Positions 59,541 to 64,000 of a stretch of DNA of 64,000 nucleotides are shown in pieces; the stretch's first letter is position 1; every line of letters begins with the position of its first letter. The DNA is taken from NCBI RefSeq assembly GCF_006345805.1, contig NC_043005.1, positions 34,596,001-34,660,000 of the forward strand. Direction: 5' to 3'. Below the pieces are notes generated by a model that worked only from the letters and a program-made list of their open reading frames with translations, made no database searches and was not told where the DNA came from. This DNA comes from Octopus sinensis (taxonomy: Eukaryota). A program made the translations under genes and the position numbers.

Positions 59541-60378
59541 CACGGTCTGATCAATAAGTATCCGGATTGTTACCATAGTAAGAAAACTAAAGCCCACAAA
59601 ACTAAAGCTGCTTGTCAAATATTGATCTTGAACTCTGCTGAGCATGTGCACTAAGTTGAAACATTATAGCTCACTTCCACTGTTTACAGCAGTGCTTGGA
59701 AGGAAAATGTACAGTGTGTGATTGTGCATTGACCACGACAGAGAGAGTTGTCATGGCGATACCTGCTCAGAGGCCTAAGTGTATGAGTGGTTCAGAAATC
59801 TCCAAGATGGCCAAAATAATGTTGATATTGACCTTTTGGGAGATCTGCAACCAGCAGAACTGAGAAAAATATCACAGATATGCGTGCAGCCGTGAGGGGA
59901 AATCACTGAATCACCATCCGTGAGTTATCAGAGGATGTGCAGATTAGTTACGGTTCAGTTCAGTCCATTAGCACTGAAGATTTAGGTATGAGACATGTGC
60001 CTGACAAGTTTGTGCCAAAAACTGTTTTCAGTTGACCAAAATGATACACAGGTTTCAGTTGCACAAGATCTTGATTGTGTTGAGAACAAAGAAAACTTTT
60101 TGGAAACTTTGCATAGGCCTCTGAGCAGGTATTGCTAAGCTTTTGGCAAAATTTGATGCAGATTCTCTGCTCAACTTTGTCTGTCATGGTCAATGCAATG
60201 ATCACATGCTACATACCTTTCCAAGCACTGCTGCAAACAGCAGAGGTGAGCTAGGACATTATAACTTAGTGTGCATGCACAGCAGAGTTCAAGGTCAATC
60301 TGTGCCAAGCAACTTTACTCTCCATGCTTTAGTTTCATTACTATAGCGATAGTCCAGATACTTATTGATCAGACCACA
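59541..60378. mobile_element. Mariner-derived foldback element with two 5' ends (arms 59541-59777 and 60114-60378)
   Basis: Termini cacggtctgatcaataagtatccgga / tccagatacttattgatcagaccaca|TA. The right arm reads MTDKVEQRICIKFCQKL..TCSEAY on the minus strand, and the middle encodes the HTH region ITIRELSEDVQISYGSVQSI.TEDLGM on the plus strand. Confidence 0.82.
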
Positions 60379-60872
60379 TACATGTGTGTACGTGTGTTTA
60401 TGCTCACACTCTCTGCAAATGTTATACATATAGTACCACTACATAAATTCCATTTCCACAAGAACACCAACGTTAAAGACACCTACATTTCCCACAAACA
60501 TTTCCATGAAATTCTTACTGACTTGCAACATTACCACCCCAGTGGCAATGTTTTGGTATCAAGGAACATAGCTCTTAACTCAATCCCCTACTCATCTCAT
60601 TTCATCATCTTTCTCATAGCAACTGCAAACCAGATGTGTTTATTCACTTACAACAACAGAGAGCAGTCACCATATTTCATTCCAGATGGCTACCTCAGAT
60701 GAGCACAGAGTTACATAACTGGACTGTTACCTAACACTCCATTGAATCTCCAGTGCGAAACTGATTGGTAAGATTGGCTGTAATGGATATATAATACTGT
60801 ACATCTCAGATAAAATATATATACACAAATATATATACATATATGTGTGTGTGTGTGTGTGTGTGTGTATAC

Positions 60873-61420
60873 ACATGAGATGGTGAAGCATGATCTACAA
60901 ATGTTGTGCCTAATGGAGGTGATGATAAGTGACTGAGACCTTTGGTGTTATGCTGTGCTTTAGAAGACTCATCAAGCCAAGCGAAAACATAGTTGTGGCC
61001 GTTGCTAGTGTCATGTGAATGGCACCCATGAAATTGTTATCGTGACCATTGCTGGTAGCATGATCTTCAAATGTATGGCCTCACGGAGACAATGGACAAG
61101 TAACTGAGACCTTTTGCAATGTGCTGTGCTTGAGAAGACATGCCAAGCCAAGTAAAATCCTAGTCATGGCTGCTGCCAATGTCATGCAAGTGGCACCCAT
61201 GGAATCGTAGTTGTGGCCATTGCTGGTGTCATGTAAATGCACCTGTGCTAGTGGCACGTAAAAAGTACCCCTTACACTTTCAGAGTGTTGGTGTTAGGAT
61301 GGGTATCCAGCCATAGAAACTCCACCAAACCAGACTGGAATTTGGTGCAACCCTCCAGCTTACCTAGTCAAACTGTCTGATCTATGCCAGCATGGGAAGT
61401 AGACATTAAAAGATGATGAT
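60873..61420 (+). mobile_element. 5'-truncated RTE 3' end with a duplicated ORF2-end module
   Basis: gagacctt...gtgctgtgctt.agaagac...caagccaag occurs twice, followed by the tail gacattaaaagatgatgat. Confidence 0.75.
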
Positions 61421-61755
61421 GTGTATGTGTGTGTGTATGTATGTATGTGTATGTGTGTGTGTATATACACACACACACACACACATTTTTATAGTAGATT
61501 ATAACAGATTTAACATCCTCATATGTCATCATATAATGTTATTTGTTGTGGCACTAATGGCAATGGTGGTGGTGTTTCAGTCCAGATCAGTCTTGATCAA
61601 CCAGACATATGACTAAGAGTGTTTCAGTTGTAATCATCCAATCTTTTTTTTCTTTTCTATGTATATCAAGAACTATATCATCCATTCTCACCTTATCAGA
61701 GTTGAGTGTGACCTGGGGGAACAAATGAGAAAATTAGAAAACTGTTTCAGCTTAC

Positions 61756-61850
61756 CGATTTAAACCAGAGTTTACATCGTTTTCATGCAGGAAGAATTGA
61801 GTTCCTAAGTCAGTTACTGTAGCCACTTTATCATCATGAATTGTAAGAGA
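61756..61850 (-). CDS. UBA6: UBA6 coding exon W1 (95 nt, phase 0 to 2): SLTIHDDKVATVTDLGTQFFLHENDVNSGLN(R)
   Basis: Minus strand reads tttcccctAG|TCT CTT ACA ATT CAT GAT...AAT CG|GTaagc. The peptide matches the E1 inactive adenylation domain motif 'TIHD...DLGTxFFL' of UBA6. Confidence 0.92.
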
Positions 61851-62099
61851 CTAGGGGAAAAAATGGAAAATAACAAGAATAATTTAAATGCAGTACAAAA
61901 TAAATTGTGATAATTTAGTCATTATTTAGGATTTATTATAACAATCTGATCTGAGGTGTTAGAAAAAGAAGTTCAAACTGAAAGATAATAATAATTGTTT
62001 CTAATTTAGGCATAAAGGCATGCAATTTTGAGGAGATGAAGTAAATTGATACTTCACACCCAGTATTTGATGAGTACTGGCCATATTCTATTTATGGAT

Positions 62100-62740
62100 G
62101 ATTTTAAACAGTTTGGAAGTGAGAAAACTAGAAAGATTCTTTGGTTAAAACAATTTAACAAAACCATTGGAATGGAATTAGAGATAACATGTTGAGGTAT
62201 GCTTATAATGAAAAGAAGGAAAGATGGTATCAGCATATGGGATTGTTTTATGTGATAAGCAGCAATGAAGGGTATCAAAGACAATGAATAGAAATATTTA
62301 GGAAAATTTAGAAATCAACAGCATCAAAGAGATTTGAATGAAGGGATAATTTGCAAAAGAATACCAGAAAAGTGATGCTGAAGTAAAAATTAAATGGAAG
62401 AAACAATATAAATACACAAGTGATTTTAAGAATCAGGTATGGATGAAGGATACTCAAAAGGAAATAAGGAAGAACTTCATAAGTTAGACAGGAAGATGTG
62501 GAGGTTTTAACTGAAAAACCAACATAGACTTTATCCGGTCAGGAAATATGGAAGAATTTATAAGAAATAAAAAGAACCATCTGGAATGGTATGTGGCAAA
62601 TAACTCAACACTATTGTTGGTTGGTGTTTATGGTCTTTAGTGTAGTAGAACCTGCAGACTACATTGATAAGGAAGAATATAAGAGGATCAGGACAGAGGC
62701 AAAAAGACATATGTTGGAATGGAAAAGTAATGTTTGAACA
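62100..62740 (+). pseudogene. Possible highly decayed R4/Dong-like non-LTR relic
   Basis: Short motifs ELHKLDRKM and RIRTEAKRHMLEWKS resemble R4-clade regions, but the frames are heavily broken. Confidence 0.3.
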
Positions 62741-62895
62741 GTTTGTCAGAGATAAGAGAGCAATGTTCTAGATAAACATGAGACAAGGTTTTTTTCTCTC
62801 TTTTTTTCCCTTCATCTTTTCTGGATTGATGAAATAAATCACAAGTCAATTACTAGAAGTAATGGGGTCAGCTCACCCCTCCTCTCAACATTTCT

Positions 62896-63609
62896 GGCTT
62901 TGTGCCTAAATCATGAACCGATTATATGCATACATTGCTACATATACTTACATGCATAAGTATGTGTAGCAATGAATGATTTATTTCCTTGTTTTCATCA
63001 CCTCTCATCAACTTTTTAAAAATCTACTGGCATAGCTTTGACTGTTGACCCCCAACAAACATACTTCCTCACTGACATTTGTTTTTCTAGATACCTCTCA
63101 GTTGTACATCCTCCTCCCTTATTTGACACTATTATTATATAATAATGTTTTTCCTCATTCTTGCTATTCCCAGTCTATCCACCAACACAATAAGATATTT
63201 CTTCTCCCTCAAGAGTCAAGAGGTTTGTGCACTGCAATTATCAAATAGTTTGATAAGTATAATGAGTAGAACGAGATTCTTGGCCCTTCAGTTACTTACG
63301 TAATTTTACAGCTGAATATAAAAAAAAGTACTCTTATATATTTGATCCTATTTCTCCTCTTTGTTCCACCAGACGTATTTTTTCTTTTTTCCTTCTTTTT
63401 TCTTTTTTTCTTTAATAACCCCTCCCGTCATTTTTCTTTTTTTCTTTAATAACCCCACCAACAGTCAAATTACACCGGTAGATTTTTAAAAAGTTGATGA
63501 GAGGTGATGAAAACAAGGAAAGAAATCATGAACTGCTACACATATTTATGCATGTAAGTATATGTAGCAATGTATGCATATAATCGGTTCCTAATTTAGG
63601 CACAAAGCC
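62896..63609. repeat. 132-bp inverted duplication (62896-63027 / 63478-63609) with a 450-bp spacer
   Basis: Direct comparison gives 7 mismatches in 132 nt. A further short match (tttgactgttg) extends inward. Confidence 0.92.
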
Positions 63610-64000
63610 TCTTCTTTTTTTCTTTTTTTCACTTCAAATGTCAAAAATTTCTTATATTCTTTATTTATAGCTATGAGGCTATAATATGTGATAAAGATGT
63701 TGATTCTTTGATACACAGTCTATCCACCACAATGAGACATATCAGTTAGCATGGATATATAGTATCAGACATTATATGGTGACTTGAAAAGTCTCAAAGC
63801 ATTCCAAGTAGCATGTCGACTTGCAATCATGAGTCAAAATTGACATTTACTGTCAAGACGAATCCTCCAGCATGTACATACTGTAGGATACCAGGAATCT
63901 CCTCTCAGGTCATTCCTTAACAAATAAAATAAGAAAAGATGGAAATGAGCGAGCCATTTGGACATAAATGTAAAAGTCAGATCTAAAAGTTGGAACAGTA

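Larger units (their letters stand above)
19812..61755 (-). other. 41,944-nt UBA6 intron between W1 and W2
   Basis: GT donor at 61755 and AG acceptor at 19813-19812. W1 and W2 join in frame as NR|AEA with no homologous residues missing. Confidence 0.88.

Noticed and set aside
592-61850. Assignment of the exons to UBA1
   Set aside because: Diagnostic stretches (DLGTQFFL, AELNPYV followed by PPIK/FIS, ANPGVVGCLEN, ESLETQL) and the many-small-exon layout resemble UBA6 more than UBA1. A phylogeny is still needed for certainty.
61851-64000. Upstream UBA6 exons (KNxVLAGxK and earlier)
   Set aside because: No matching phase-compatible exon was found, so they probably lie beyond the window.

Overview
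AT-rich, microsatellite- and transposon-dense animal genomic DNA. The repeat content points to a coleoid cephalopod, most likely Octopus (inference). The only host gene I can support is a partial UBA6 (ubiquitin-like modifier-activating enzyme 6) on the minus strand. It has 11 coding exons, called W1-W11 in transcript order: 61850-61756, 19811-19700, 17997-17917, 16388-16266, 16101-15978, 14859-14750, 10876-10814, 9310-9234, 4704-4638, 4494-4351 and 653-592. All have GT-AG boundaries and splice into one open frame of 1058 nt (SLTIHDD...QEVLKAITGKFTPLSQW FYLDV...). The 5' and 3' parts of the gene lie outside the window. One intron (19812-61755, 41,944 nt) covers two thirds of the window. It holds decayed RTE LINEs, tRNA-derived SINEs, three mariner-type elements plus a mariner foldback, and Tc1, hAT and piggyBac relics. 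The most unusual signals are: (i) a tRNA-like Pol III head joined to a degenerate minimal hammerhead ribozyme (58235-58416, minus strand), with further hammerhead relics at about 8.7 kb and 23.8 kb; (ii) many long inverted repeats able to form intronic dsRNA, including a 71-nt pre-miRNA-like hairpin; (iii) inverted repeat copies bracketing an in-frame 708-nt exon block, a back-splicing geometry; and (iv) an unexplained ~1.15-kb island of very low GC set in a TA microsatellite. Almost all ORFs in the supplied track are microsatellite or transposon artefacts. No searches were run, so family assignments come from motif recognition and identities are by-eye estimates.
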